Shown: piece after piece, positions 63,949-64,000 of the stretch
Layout: every line of letters starts with the position of its first letter
Numbering within the stretch: the first letter of the stretch is position 1
Source of the DNA: Eledone cirrhosa
Taxonomy: Eukaryota
Assembly: GCA_964016885.1 (NCBI GenBank)
Contig: OZ024745.1
Span: 52,514,001 to 52,578,000, forward strand
DNA: 64,000 bases
Direction: 5' to 3'
Made by a program: the position numbers and the translations under genes
The notes under the pieces: generated by a model
The model's database searches: none
Told to the model about the DNA's origin: nothing
What the model saw: the letters and a program-made list of their open reading frames with translations, nothing else

Positions 63949-64000
63949 AATGTTTATGTAGGTTTGTTTGAGTTTTTGTGAGGGCGTGTTTGTGTATGGA

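Overview
AT-rich, microsatellite-saturated animal genomic DNA with no recognisable host gene. The SINE family and repeat landscape suggest a cephalopod such as an octopus (inference). Most ORFs in the supplied track are (TA)n/(CA)n artefacts. The real content is mobile DNA. There are five Penelope-like retroelement (PLE) ORF relics with RT and/or GIY-YIG domains, four of them Naiad-like and one near-complete at 6.7-12.9 kb. There are also RTE-type LINE fragments, a tRNA-derived SINE family and a 2.7-kb palindrome. The notable feature is about 25 non-coding inserts in (TA)n tracts that carry at least a dozen different type I hammerhead ribozyme (HHR) motifs. Some are head-to-tail units of about 468, 567, 613 and 2089 nt (retrozyme/circular-RNA candidates). 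Most are asymmetric fold-backs in which one arm ends at a long family-specific tail and the other ends at an internal TA motif. In several cases the tail-less arm holds sequence absent from the tailed arm, which points to both target strands being primed independently on ribozyme-bearing templates. All ribozyme folds were read by eye and no database search was possible.
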